Part shown: positions 24,101 through 35,554 of the stretch, piece by piece
Layout of the letters: each line of letters opens with the position of its first letter
Position numbering within the stretch: position 1 is the stretch's first letter
NCBI GenBank assembly: GCA_964036045.1
Contig: OZ038378.1
Span: forward strand, 181,350,001-181,414,000
Reading direction: 5' to 3'
DNA length: 64,000 nucleotides
From: Eutreptiella sp. 'Long Island Sound 2002'
Lineage: Eukaryota > Protista > Euglenida
The notes under the pieces: model-generated
The model's database searches: none
What the model was told of the DNA's origin: nothing
Seen by the model: only the letters and a program-made list of their open reading frames with translations
Translations under genes and position numbers: made by a program

Positions 24101-27100
24101 CACAACGTACGAGCACAAACCAACTCTTGTGTTTGGGAACCTGCAACCGCAACCTGCGCTTGCCCCAAAATGGAATGCATGAGGTTTGGCTCACGGGGCA
24201 TGTGCTCCGCAACACTGGGATGTGGCTGGGATGTGGTCACACCTGGGGACTTCGATCATGGTACCGATCAGGAACGGCACTTTAGTCTTCTTTGCGTCCA
24301 TGACTGCGGCTGCCACTTTGAGGGTATTTTCCTTGAGAAACACGAACTCCTCCACCTTGCTCACCAGCGGGATCATGACTTCCGGCGGTTGGATGGGGAT
24401 CCCTGATGCCAGTGTTCACAGCAATGACTAAACCCAGAGTCACATGTGAATGAATGCACATACTCCATCATAGTGGTAGTGCGTGGTGCTGGCCATGCTG
24501 CGCGCCACCCTGAGCTCCCCCCTGTGACCCTTCTCACTCGTTAACACAGCGATTATCATGAGTTCTGTTGCTCAAAGGCCCTCCCCAATTCTGCTGTATC
24601 TCCTCGGCGATCGTTGCATCAGATGTGCTCGTTCAGAAATGCAAGAGGGGGGGGGGGGACTGTGCGGACCGGGGCTTGCGATTAAACCACCCCCCCCTAT
24701 TATCATCTCGCACCGAAATAACATCACGCACGCATGATAATATTTTGGACTGCTGAAATAATATCACGCATGCATGTTGTCCGCCTGACAGTCTCACAAA
24801 TAACAAGGCACAACACTATGGGAAATCATCGATGCGCTTGCCATGCAGTTATTTTTGTGCCAAAAATGCATTCATGGACAACTGCCATGCAACAAGCTTT
24901 GGTTTGGGCTCAGGCTTTGCAGCTGCAACAGCTTGCGGTTGAATATTTGGGGGAACAAACCGATAGGGGATGCAAAGCCGTGCCTTTTTGGGATCAATAT
25001 ACCCAGTTCCTGGAATACTTTGGGCACATCGAGGCGGGAAGTTGCAAACTCAAGGCCACTGTAGCACAACTCCGCAAACAAATTCCGCTGTTGTGCACTG
25101 TAAATTGTTTGCGATCTTGAGACCGCCATGTGGGTAAATTCTTTAGGGCGCACGCACTTCATGCTCTGTGGCAAGAATAATTGGCGTCGTGTTGTTGAAT
25201 TCTAAATCTATATTCTGTTTTCTGGGATGGTGTTCATATTTTGCCTTGTCCCATGCTCTAAAGTCAACAGCAGCCACATTACCATCAGCAACTTCAGCAA
25301 CATCCCCTGCAAGCCTAGGTACTTCAGGATCATCAACTTCAGGCTCAAGAACTTCAGTAGCGGCAGCATTGTCAACATCTCTGTCCGAATCATCCCTAGT
25401 GGAGTACTCCTCAACGTCAGACACGTCTTCATCAGTCATGGCCTCAAAGACATGTTCGACAACAAGTCCATCATACTGCCGCGCCTCATTCACATCAGCA
25501 AGAAAGGGAATGTCAGCAAAAGCAGTCATTACTAGAAAAAAGACCTGCAGTAAGGGGGCAAGGGGGGGGGGGGGGGCAAAATAATATCATGCACGAAATA
25601 GTATCACGCACCGAAATAACATCACCCACGTGATATTAATAGGGGGGGTGGTTTAAATCCCTGCCCAAAAAATAAGGGAAAACCCCAAAATAAGAACCAC
25701 CCCAAAAATAAGAACCTGGGGTTCCACAAAGTGTGCCAAAGATAAGAACCACCTTGGACTCTGACAAGCAAGCATGTGCAGTCCCTTGGAAAAAAATCTT
25801 GTGCTGCCGCATGCGGCAGCATGCGGCGGCGTGCTTCAACCTGCACATGTGGGCACATAGCGGCCCAATTTTTAGGCAAAACAGCTTTGCAGTGACTTGG
25901 ATCTCCGTCCCAAGCCCAAGCACACCTTCCTTGACGTTGCTCTGGAGTTAGAATCATGTAGAAACGCAATGTCGCTCAATTATGAAAAAAAAAATTCATC
26001 CCTCAGAGTCTACATGGTCCTTGAACAGTTGTATGCCAGATGTGGTCATTACTCTAGTGGTACATGCACCAATTCAAGATTCCAGAGGGGTAGGCCCCAT
26101 TCTTGCTAACCCCAATATCTGCGGCATACTGCAGTATGTTGCGGCATGCTGCAGCTGCAGCTGCACATGCTTGCTGACAAGCAATTTAGGCCAAACATGG
26201 GGAACACCACAGTTGCATGCCTCTTCTTTTTGTGCACCAGCCACTTACGGAAATAGGAAGTGATGGAAGGTTGGCGCTTTGCAGCTGGCTGGTTGCAGAC
26301 AGGATCCGGCACAGGCAATGCCTCGGCCCTTGCAGCCACCATTTGCTGAACACCCTGCTCAACATCAGACATGGAAACAACCGTGTAAGAGGGCAGGACC
26401 TCCAGCGTGATCTCTGATGGGTCAGCGTCATGGGCAAGAAACTAAACAGGAACCACCCTAAAAAATAAGAATCCCTACTGAGACCGCCACCAGCTGGACC
26501 AAAGTTAAAAACTAGTTCTTTTTTTTGGGGGGGGGGCTTATGCAAATCATGTAAGATTGTGCACAGAAATGCATTATTGCAACCAACAAGACGCAGAGCA
26601 TTGCACAACACAATGGGCTCAGAGGTATGATTCAAACGCATGGTTGTGGTCCAATGATGGCGTTGGAATTTCGCCGCTACCCAGGGCTCCCAGGGGGTGT
26701 TGAATCTGCCCTCCATATTGTACATTGAGTGTGGATCACCGGGGATCAAGAGCAGTTTCGCTCACCGCCCTGGTACGGTATGGTTCGGCAGTGCGTGCCT
26801 TCACCTTTTGACCATATCCCCTGAGTGTCCATCATACTCCAAAATTGGCCTCTTTTCGTCAGGTCATCCCTGTTCTTCATCCCAGTCTTCCTCATCACAC
26901 TCCATCTTCGCGAGAAAACCCATGATTTTGATTTTTTTTTTTGCATTGTGGGTTTTGAGTGAGTTCTGCATAATCTGCCCAATGCTGCAAAATCATGCAA
27001 CGCAGAATCTTATGTTGATCGGCACTTTGTTTGCTGCGGAGTGCGTTCCCTTGCCCTGCCCTGCTCTCGCCTGAGAAATGTGCTGTAGTTGAGAGTTCGA

Positions 27101-30100
27101 AACAAAAATTACGCAATGTTGATTAGCAACCCCAACCCCATCCAGTCTCCTGACTGAGGAGCACAGCCTGGAAATTCCGGGCCACAATATACCCACACGC
27201 TACGCACGGACCTCAAGAGGCGTCAGTTGCCCACCGACTGCAATCGACCACCCGTCAAGCGCCATCAGTAAACCTTCATTACTTCGCCCTTTGCTACTTG
27301 CCAAGTGCCGTCAATGGACCAATGTCCTTTGCTCGCCAAACTGCTTCGGCCACCCACCTCCCGCCGTGTGCGCATAGGCCTGCCCAGCAATTAAAATACA
27401 AGAGAAAGGGACAGACGGTTGTGAGTACCCTGTGTGGTTGCAATTCTGTTGTGCCCTGCACATGGCCATGCGCTGGGCCCTCTGCAGCTCCCCAAAGGTA
27501 TCCAGGACTGCACCTGCGTTCTTCGTTTCACACGCAGCCTCGAAGACGGCTTGCACTTGAACATCATAGATCTCCGGGTATGAGATCCCCAAGCGACAGC
27601 CCCTGTGGCCCAACATCGGGTTCACTTCCGTCAGGTTCTCAATCCGCGCCTTCACCTTCTCAAACGGCATGCACATTGACTTCGCCAATAGCTTTGCCTC
27701 CGCGCCGTCCGCCTGCGACAGGAGCAGAAGGCCACAGAGGGCGGAAGATACCGAGGCAGGCCGCTGGGGAGGCAAAACAGGTCTGCAACGTGCCCCTTCT
27801 GCCTCAAGGAGCATGCACTCGGTTCCCTGCCTGTGGGCACGCCATGCAGCCGAGGGGATCGGGTGCATTGTGCCGAGAAAGGGGGGTGAGGGTCTGGGGC
27901 AGCGGAAGGTGCCAGTCGTAAAAGCCGCAGCACTGCTCCCCCAATGCTTTTGTACGAGCTGCTACTTTGTCAGTGTCAGTTCTGGGGGGAGTGCCCTCGT
28001 GACCAACTCTCCCCCAAGCCCCAGGTCCATCCCCCGGAAAGTGGGTGGACTTCTGCCCCCAGAGCCCCCCGCTCCCCCCCGTCTGTAGGGCAGGACCCGC
28101 CTTGCAGCCCCGGCGGTTGGGACCTGGGCTGGGAAAGAATAGACCTGACGAGGTACAAACTCATGAAGCGGGGGGTCCAAGAGCCGCACGGTCACTGGGA
28201 GGCCCCTCATCTCTTTGAAGATCCCTTTGAAGTCCTCGCGTTGCATTGGCAGCAGCTCTGCAAGGGCCTCCTGCAAATCATGAAAAGGCACGGATCACGT
28301 GGGAACGCATGCAATTTGCGACAAAGACGTGGAAATCCCCTCCATTCCTCGGTTCCTGAACAACAGTGTCAACAACGGTGATACAAGGGTGCAGAGGGTG
28401 TGTCTCGAGCAATCGACGCGAGCGAGGAAGGCGCATAGGGGCAGGTCTCGAGCGAGCAGGTCTCTTTGGATGTGTACACGTATACGCCCGTGTACACGAC
28501 GTATACGCGACGCATACGCACATACATGCGTATCCGCATACGCATATACGTATACGTACAGCCCTCCTGCAAAGGGTGTGCACGGCTTCAGGACGGACTT
28601 CTTTCCCAAAGGAAAAAATAAGAAGAATGAAGGGGGAAAGCACGAAAGGGCAATGCACTAAGAACCGCTTTGGTGCGCGCCAAAATGCATCTTAACGCCA
28701 GTCAAATGTCATGTTGGCGCGCCAAAGCACATTCATGACGGTCCTGTGCTACCACGTCACAATCTCCGGCCACAAATCGTTGCCCCCTTCGTTGCACTTT
28801 GCCTGTGCAAACGGTTCATCCAAAGGCTGATGAGCACTTGTGCCCACCGCATCAAACGTGTTTCTCAAACGGGCGGGCGGACCGGACCTGACGTCTCTCA
28901 AGCGTGTCCGCCAAGATCATGCGGCGAACTGCGTTGATGCGGTCCCCTTTGAAGAACATGTGCTCCGTTCGACACAGGCCCACGCCCTCCGCTCCGTACT
29001 GCCGGGCAACGGTACAGTCGTGCGGTGTGTCCGCGTTGGTGCGCACCTTCAACCTCCGAAACTTGTTGCAAACATCCATCAACCGCTTGAAATCATCTGT
29101 GCATCGGTTGAAGGCAGTGGTCATTCTGAGCGCAGAGTCAGTGCCGAGTTTGAACTGCGCCATGTCCGGGCCTCGGGAAAACATCGGTAAACCAGCCATT
29201 ACCGCCAGCCGCAAGAACCTCAAACCTCGTACCCAGACCTCTACATTATCATTACCCGCCTTCGACCTCTGTCGCGCCACCCTGAGCTCCTCCTACACCA
29301 TCAGGCACCCGTCAGGCCACCCAGAACGCATGTCACACCGCCCTGCCACACCCGTCATGGCTGCTTCCACGAGGGGGGTTTGCCCCGGGATCACCTCCCC
29401 CGTATTGCCATTCAGCGTGATCCAATCGCCCTCCACGAACTCCTGACCTGCAATCGTGCATGCCTTGGCGGCGTAGTCAGGCTTCACGGCTGCGCAGCCG
29501 CAGACACAGCACTTGCCCATGCCCCGGGCCACGACGGCCGCATGCGAGGTCATGCCTCCACGTGCCGTCAGGATGCCCACAGCCGCGTGCATGCCGCCGA
29601 CGTCCTCCGGACTTGTCTCTTCGCGGACGAGGATGACCTTGCGCCCTGAAAGAGGGGGTGTCCATTGGGGCACCGCACAACCAACGGGCACCTCCTTTCG
29701 CACCAAAGTTCGCCATTCCAATTTTTGCAGGTTCCTAATTTTACCCTCCCCGGTGTCTGTAGACAACGGAGTGTGCTCTCGTGCACGCGGTCGGTTAATG
29801 TCTCCTGCCTGCATGTTGTAGACGTAACGAGACAATGGGGGCCCGTTGAGCGCAGTGCACACACAGTGCAATTATTTTTTCTCGTTGGGCAGACAAAGCA
29901 CGCAGTGTACGATGTATTGTCCATTTTGCGTACACAAGGGGCATGTGAGGTGGTTGGTGCGCAGGCGGGGGGGGATGACGCGTGCACTTGGCGCATGGTT
30001 AGGGGAGGGGGGTGGCTGTTGGTCCGTTGCCATCGTTTATGGCCCAAAGCAACGTTCTGGTTTCCTTACCCTGCCCCCGTCCCCTCCCTCCCCTCCCAAA

Positions 30101-33100
30101 ACGTCTTTCAGCAACCGTTCAATGTCACTGCCGATGGGCACATCGCTCGTGCCGCGAAGGCCGGAGCCATGTGGGAGTGCGTCCGACCCGTGCCTGTCCC
30201 CCTGGAGTACAGCGAATCGACGCAAGGCTTGGTCCCCTGCCAGCCAGCCAGAGAAAAATTTGGCACCACTTCTTAAATGCCACTGCAAAATTTGGTACAA
30301 AGATTCCCAGATTCTGGCACGAGAACGAACATAGATCGTGAATGGTGGTTGCTATTTCCTATGGGCCTTTGGTTGTTTGCTGTTATCTCTTACAGCTTCT
30401 AGCTGGTGGCTTCTAGATGGTTGCTTGGATGGTTACTCCATAGTTCTACCGGATCCGCCTGCTGAAACCCGGGGGGGGGGGGGGGGAGTTGGCCCTCACA
30501 AGACGCGGGGGGATTAGGCGCGTTGGGCCCAAGGGCTTTGGCGCAGAGGTTGGGAGGGGGTGGGGCGGCTAGCGCGGGGGGCAAATCCCCAAGGCAAGGC
30601 GTGTGATTCCAACAGTTTGATGGTGTGTGGTACTGCCTGCGTGTGGATGCAAGGAGACAAGGGAAAAGGGCCAATGCGCCCCCCCCCTTCCAAAAACAGT
30701 CCACTACCGGGGGAGGTAAAATTAATAACGGGCGAAATTTGGAATGGCGAAATAGCAAAAGAGTACCAAATCATGTGATGGTATTTGAAGGTCCGAAGCC
30801 ATTTTTCGGGGTGTCAATTTTCGCTCTCTTGGCATGCACATTTCCATTGTGCCCAACCGCCTCCAGGAAACAGGCATGCACGAGAGACAGAGACAGAGAC
30901 AGCGACATGCCATGTTAAATGCCCTCACGATCATGTGCACCAAAGATCAAAAAATTTTTTGGCTGTCGGCGCTGGGGAAGGGGGGGATCCGGAGGAGGCA
31001 CAGGGAGGAGGACAGGGAAATTGCGATGGCTTTACCCTCCTCTCATCCACGCCCACAATCCTTTTACCAAGCGCTTTGGAACCGCAGCAGCGGCCTGCAT
31101 ACCGACTTGGGGGGCAGCCCATGCGCACCAACCAAAACGCAGCAAACCCCAGAACATTCCATCTGTTCTTCTACCTTGCCCCTTCTTCAGACTCTGCCTG
31201 TAGCCCCTTCTGCGATTACTACAGCACTCATACCTAATTTGCTCCATTGTTCAGCATCCTCTGCGGTGAACACAATCCGCCCGACAGCGGCGCCGGGAGA
31301 TGCAGGCAAGCCCTTGGCAACAGACTGGTGGGTCACTTTAGGGTCTATCATCGGGTGAAGGAGTTGGTCAAGCTGATTGGTGTTCACACGCATGATAGCC
31401 TCCTCCTCTGCAATGAGCCCTACAAAAAAAGACATAGGGAGGACCCCTGTTTGAGTGGTACTTCCTGACTTGGGCAGGTCACCATACGTTGACAATCCTC
31501 GCAACTGGTCGATAGGACAACTACCAGAACGACCACGGAGGGTCAGATCGTACAGCCTTCACAGCCTTCATGGTTTGTGCTGGTGTATGTGGTGTTGCAT
31601 CAGAAGCGCTGTGATCTCCTGTAATACTGGGGACGATTTCTGTGACAGGAGATGTGGCCAGGAAATGAGTAAGGACTCCAGCGAGTTCCTTAGCCCTCGG
31701 TGTGGGGTCTAGATCAAAGCATGACAGATTTGGGATGTGTATCCCATGTGGGGACAAACGCAAGTGCAGTTTCTTGGCTTGCTCAATTGTGTGCTCTGGA
31801 GGTCGTTGGTCACGTAATGTCTTTATTTGTATCTGGTGTGTACTCACCTGGTGATACCGGTGACGTTTGAGTTGAGTTTGGCAAATAATTGAGAAGATCA
31901 ATAGTGGTGCCCTTGCCTTGTGTCCCCTTGTCCAATGGTTCATAGATTTCCTGAGGGTCTTTCATGTTGCTCATAGTGGCTAGTGCAGCAGCCAACAGGG
32001 GTACCATGTCCGTGTAATACCTGTGCAGTGAGGGGAGTGGTATCATTGTGCAGGGCATCTGTTTGCTGATAAATGTTTCCACCACAAGGGGTGCCCTCCA
32101 ATCATATGCACAGTGTTCGGAAGCAAGGAGCCGAGGTAGGGTGTTAATGAATGCTGTATCATCCACTTGCCTTTGCTGCGACGATAAAAGCTGAATTTGT
32201 TTTCGCCATTGGAATCACACTTCACCACAGCAACATCATGGCGCATTAAAAAAAAAAAGGCGCTATCGAGCGCTTGAAACCACGTGTTTAAATCACAGGG
32301 AACCCCAAAAATTGGACAACGCTGGTGTGGGGGACGAAACAGTGTCCTCAAACACCGCCCCGGCATGCACCCACAATAGCACGGTGTGTGGCGATGTTTG
32401 GAACGAGTGACGCAGGTGGGTGTGCCAAGAGGGACGTGTCGTGTTGAATGACTTTACCTTCTTGCGCCATATCCATGGCAATCTTGACGGCGGCAGGAGC
32501 CGTCCTTTTCCCTTTGCGGGTCTGCAACATGTACAACTTGCCGTCCTCAATTGTGAATTCCATATCTTGCATGTCGCGGTAATGATACTCCAGCTTATTC
32601 TTCCAACCCACCAGCTCCGCAAAAACGTCCGGCATTGCCTCTTCCATCGATGGATATCGCGATCTCCGAAGGTCTTCAGGGATGCCTTGCTCACACGCCC
32701 ACTCGTGGGAAGCTTCCTCAGTGAGTTGCTGCGGCGTGCGGATGCCTGCCACGACATCTTCGCCTGCACCACGACGATGGGTGAATGTGTCAGAAATGCT
32801 CGAACAAAGCCTTGTCCAACTCTTTCGGGTGCTTCACGGCCGTTGGGTTTACCCTGCCAACCACCCCTGTGAATTCTTGAGAAAACGGCCTACGGTGGGG
32901 GCTGTTGCAGAGTGTCACAGAAAGAGCTCAATGGACGGCGGTCGGGGCCGACGGCGGACCCATAGCGGTTCATCACGTGGTCACTCACTAAAGCTCAATC
33001 GTGCTCGTTTGCGGCGGCACCTGCTCCACACTACCCAACGTACCTCTGAGCTTCAGCGGCACGTTACACAAGCTTGACACATCACTTTATCACGAACGGT

Positions 33101-34930
33101 CCCTATTGGACTTGTGACAAGTCTTCAGTTATACGTGCACAGGCTGTCATTTCGCTTCGCGAAAGAAGACGGGGCATGCATTCAAGGGAGAGCCCTTAGA
33201 CTCGTCAGTCCTGTCCACTAAAGGTTCGCGAAGTGGAGTGGGACCAACAGTGAACCAAAGAACACTAAGACATGCATACATGGACCCCCCCGTACATGAG
33301 CAAAACCTCCGCTCGCAACGATTTCAAAGTTGCAAAAACTTTCGCCCGCTTGTCGGGCCGGGGAATAGCGAGCGGGGGGTAGGGGGAGTGGGGAGGTTTG
33401 GTGCAATGGTCGTTTGCATGCGTCGAGCTTTCAGAGCCCCCGTATATCCGTTGTGTCCCTGCGCTTATTGGTGCAAGCACACACCTTGGGCGTTGACCAA
33501 CCATTCCCCATAGAACTTGCTCTCTCCATTGCTGGGGTTGCGGGAGAAGCAGACCCCGGTGGCAGAGCGGTCGCCAATGTTGCCGAACACCATGCTTTGG
33601 ACTGTGACGGCGGTGCCAAGCAGCCCTGTGATGCCATGGATTTCACGGTACTTGATGGCCCGCGGGTTGTTCCATGACTTGAATACAGCATCAATCGCTG
33701 CCCACATTTGCTCTTTGGGATCTTGCGGAAAGTCTTCTCCCACTTCAGTTTTGTACACTACAAGATTACCAAAGGAAAAAAGGTGAGCACCAAAACAAGA
33801 GCGCACGGTGTAATCTACTTGGCTTCCGAACCCCCTCTTGCCGCATAGCGATTTGCACCGGGGAACATCCAGGTTTCACGAGCAGTCGGGGTTGTTCCGC
33901 TGCAATGCTGCAACACAGCACACCACTGCTCTGCACAGCTCCGTGCGGTGCTGTGTCATGCCGTGCTGTGGCACGCACTACGCTGTGCGAGGCACTGGTT
34001 TTGTAAAACAACGGTCTGTGCTCTGCCATGATATGTGGTGCTGTGTTGTGCTGTCGGCTCTTAGGGCGCTTCACAAACGGCTCCAACCATTCTTCAAGGA
34101 GATCGCTGACACGAAGCATGTCGCGAAAGAAGGACAGTGTTACCTTTCTTGAAGTGCTCCACAACCCGCTGCAAGTCCTCGGTGTCCAGTTCTGTATCGC
34201 TCTCTGCGCCCTTCTTCTTCTTGATGCTATCCAAAATGTTTTCGAATTCTTCGCTTTGAATGCCCTTTACCACATTTCCAAACATGGAAATGACTCGCCT
34301 GTAGGAATCCCATGCAAAACGTGGGTTTTGGGTCTTGTTTGCAATAGCCTCCACAACTTCATCGTTCAAACCGAGGTTGAGAACAGTATCCATCATCCCT
34401 GGCATACTGGAGGCGGCTCCACTACGAACGGACACCAACAAAGGGCAAGTAGTCGAACCAAATGTCTTGTTCGTTTCGCCCTACAAACGTGTTGAATTCA
34501 ATAGGCAAGTGTTCCCGTGCAAGCTGAACGACTCGAAACTCAAGCAGCCGTACGTGCTGAACAATACCTCCATTCGAGCCAAAGCCTCCTCAACCTGCAT
34601 CAGCATGCGATCCGGATAGCCTTGGTCTTCTTCTTGGAACAAGCCACAGACAACCGCACTGATGGTGAACCCAGGCGGCACGGGCAGTCCAATTTTGGCC
34701 ATTTCAGCGAGATTGGCACCCTTGCCCCCAAGGAAGTCTTTCATACTTGCATCTCCATCAGCACCTTCCCCTCCAAAGAAATACACGTATTTGTCTCGAA
34801 GTTGGTCGTGGCTCTTCGTATCCAGGATTGGTTTGGGCGACGTAGAGATCAACTTTTCGATGATGGATACCAAAATCTCACTGGATACAGACTTCAACAA
34901 CGTCGAAACTTGAGCTTCGACCTGTTCCAT
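19502..34930 (-). CDS. PPDK: Pyruvate, phosphate dikinase (12 exons, 946 aa)
   Basis: The hand-spliced exons total 2841 nt in one frame; all 11 introns are GT..AG. Motifs: [45 protein letters not shown], phospho-His [43 protein letters not shown], catalytic-Cys [10 protein letters not shown]. Confidence 0.97.
20296..20362 (+). mobile_element. DDE_Tnp_4/PHIS-type transposase fragment in PPDK intron 11
   Basis: [22 protein letters not shown] overlaps TVAVDMLGNI of the fragment at 35978-36286. Confidence 0.6.
20800..20994 (-). CDS. PPDK: PPDK exon 11
   Basis: CAG|[36 protein letters not shown], donor AG|GTGGGC. Confidence 0.95.
21131..21270. repeat. Compound homopurine tract (GA)n-Gn-(GGGA)n-(GGA)n
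   Basis: About 140 nt of almost pure purine on the plus strand, in PPDK intron 10. Confidence 0.9.
24243..24402 (-). CDS. PPDK: PPDK exon 10
   Basis: CAG|[26 protein letters not shown], donor AG|GTGTGA. Confidence 0.95.
24686..25652 (-). mobile_element. TTAA-flanked TIR element (967 bp) with decayed ORF, in PPDK intron 9
   Basis: TTAA at 24682-85 and 25653-56. TIR is ACCACCCCCCC(C)TATTA. A perfect 19-bp direct repeat CGCACCGAAATAACATCAC sits at 24709-24727 and 25607-25625. The minus-strand frame 25529 to 24849 has an acidic N-terminus and ends ..[22 protein letters not shown], with internal stops. Confidence 0.78.
25659..26536. mobile_element. Probable TIR element with AAAATAAGAACC subterminal repeats and a coding relic ending in a PIP box
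   Basis: Ends CCCTGCCCAAAAAATAAG and GTTCTTTTTTTTG10 are loosely inverted. Box GAACCACCCYAAAAATAAGAA is in direct orientation at 25694 and 26450. No clear TSD. Confidence 0.5.
27514..27712 (-). CDS. PPDK: PPDK exon 9
   Basis: CAG|[31 protein letters not shown]|GTGCAG. Confidence 0.95.
28145..28270 (-). CDS. PPDK: PPDK exon 8
   Basis: CAG|[32 protein letters not shown]|GTCTAT. Confidence 0.95.
28471..28560. repeat. Alternating purine-pyrimidine tract in PPDK intron 7
   Basis: TGTGTACACGTATACG..CGCATACGCACATACATGCG..TATACGTATACGTACA, with few breaks in alternation. Confidence 0.75.
28888..29096 (-). CDS. PPDK: PPDK exon 7
   Basis: CAG|[31 protein letters not shown]|GTCCGG. Confidence 0.95.
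29352..29645 (-). CDS. PPDK: PPDK exon 6 (phospho-His domain)
   Basis: CAG|[39 protein letters not shown]|GTGTGG. Confidence 0.96.
31234..31419 (-). CDS. PPDK: PPDK exon 5
   Basis: TAG|[34 protein letters not shown]|GTATGA. Confidence 0.95.
32458..32763 (-). CDS. PPDK: PPDK exon 4
   Basis: CAG|[40 protein letters not shown]|GTAAAG. Confidence 0.95.
33485..33757 (-). CDS. PPDK: PPDK exon 3
   Basis: TAG|[44 protein letters not shown]|GTGTGT. Confidence 0.95.
34144..34480 (-). CDS. PPDK: PPDK exon 2
   Basis: TAG|[35 protein letters not shown]|GTAACA. Confidence 0.95.
34568..34930 (-). CDS. PPDK: PPDK exon 1
   Basis: ATG at 34930 with an in-frame TGA just upstream; [37 protein letters not shown]|GTATTG. 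Confidence 0.94.
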
Positions 34931-34951
34931 ACTTCAGTATTTTGTGCACAA

Positions 34952-34990
34952 CTGAAAGCTGACAAAAGCCACGGAAAAGCGGACGAGATC
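34952..34990 (-). promoter_or_regulatory. Putative outron or 5'-UTR splice acceptor before the PPDK ATG
   Basis: GCTTTTCCGTGGCTTTTGTCAGCTTTCAG|, AG at 34953-34952, about 20 nt before the ATG. Confidence 0.45.
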
Positions 34991-35554
34991 GGAATCTAAC
35001 ACGCAACTACACAATCCCTCAAATACAAAAAAAACCAGATTTTTGCCGAAAACCTCGGCGAAGCTGGTCAAAACTGTACCCTTGGGGCCATTTGTAATGG
35101 ACGCATATCCTTGCAACACTATGAACCACTACGGGGGGAACTCTTCGGCAACGTTAAGCGTTATGCGGGTTGCGTCCGGGTGCCCAGCACCCAGCATGCC
35201 CTGCCAGCCAACCCAACCAGGCCGGCAGGTTTGAACAATGCCACCACCACCAGCTAATTTGATATCCAATCAGGTAGCCTCGGTGGGGGGGGGGGGGGGG
35301 CTCAAAGGCTGCCTGGCTGTGGTTAGTCGTGGCTGGGAACACCCCCTCCGTTACACTGGAGTTACAGAATTGTTGTGCCCTGCCCCCCCCCCCCCCTCAC
35401 TCTGTGCAAACACGGGCCAGGTTCAGTAAAAGTGCGGAAACACGGGGTTGCACTGTTTGCAAAAAGGGCGCATTTGTGTGCGACACATGGCATGGAATGC
35501 ATGTTGCAGACGTAACCCACACCTACCCCTCAAAACACAACAATACAAAGCATT

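Noticed and set aside
32130-32175. QVDDTAFI as a reverse-transcriptase YxDD motif
   Set aside because: No Tyr/Phe at the first position and no other RT motif in frame.
19695-34567. Euglenid non-conventional or intermediate intron signature in PPDK introns
   Set aside because: All 11 are GT-AG. In the introns I inspected (1, 2, 6, 9, 10) the +4..+6 / -8..-6 CAG/CTG pairing is absent; intron 9 has CAG at +4 but CTG at -10..-8.
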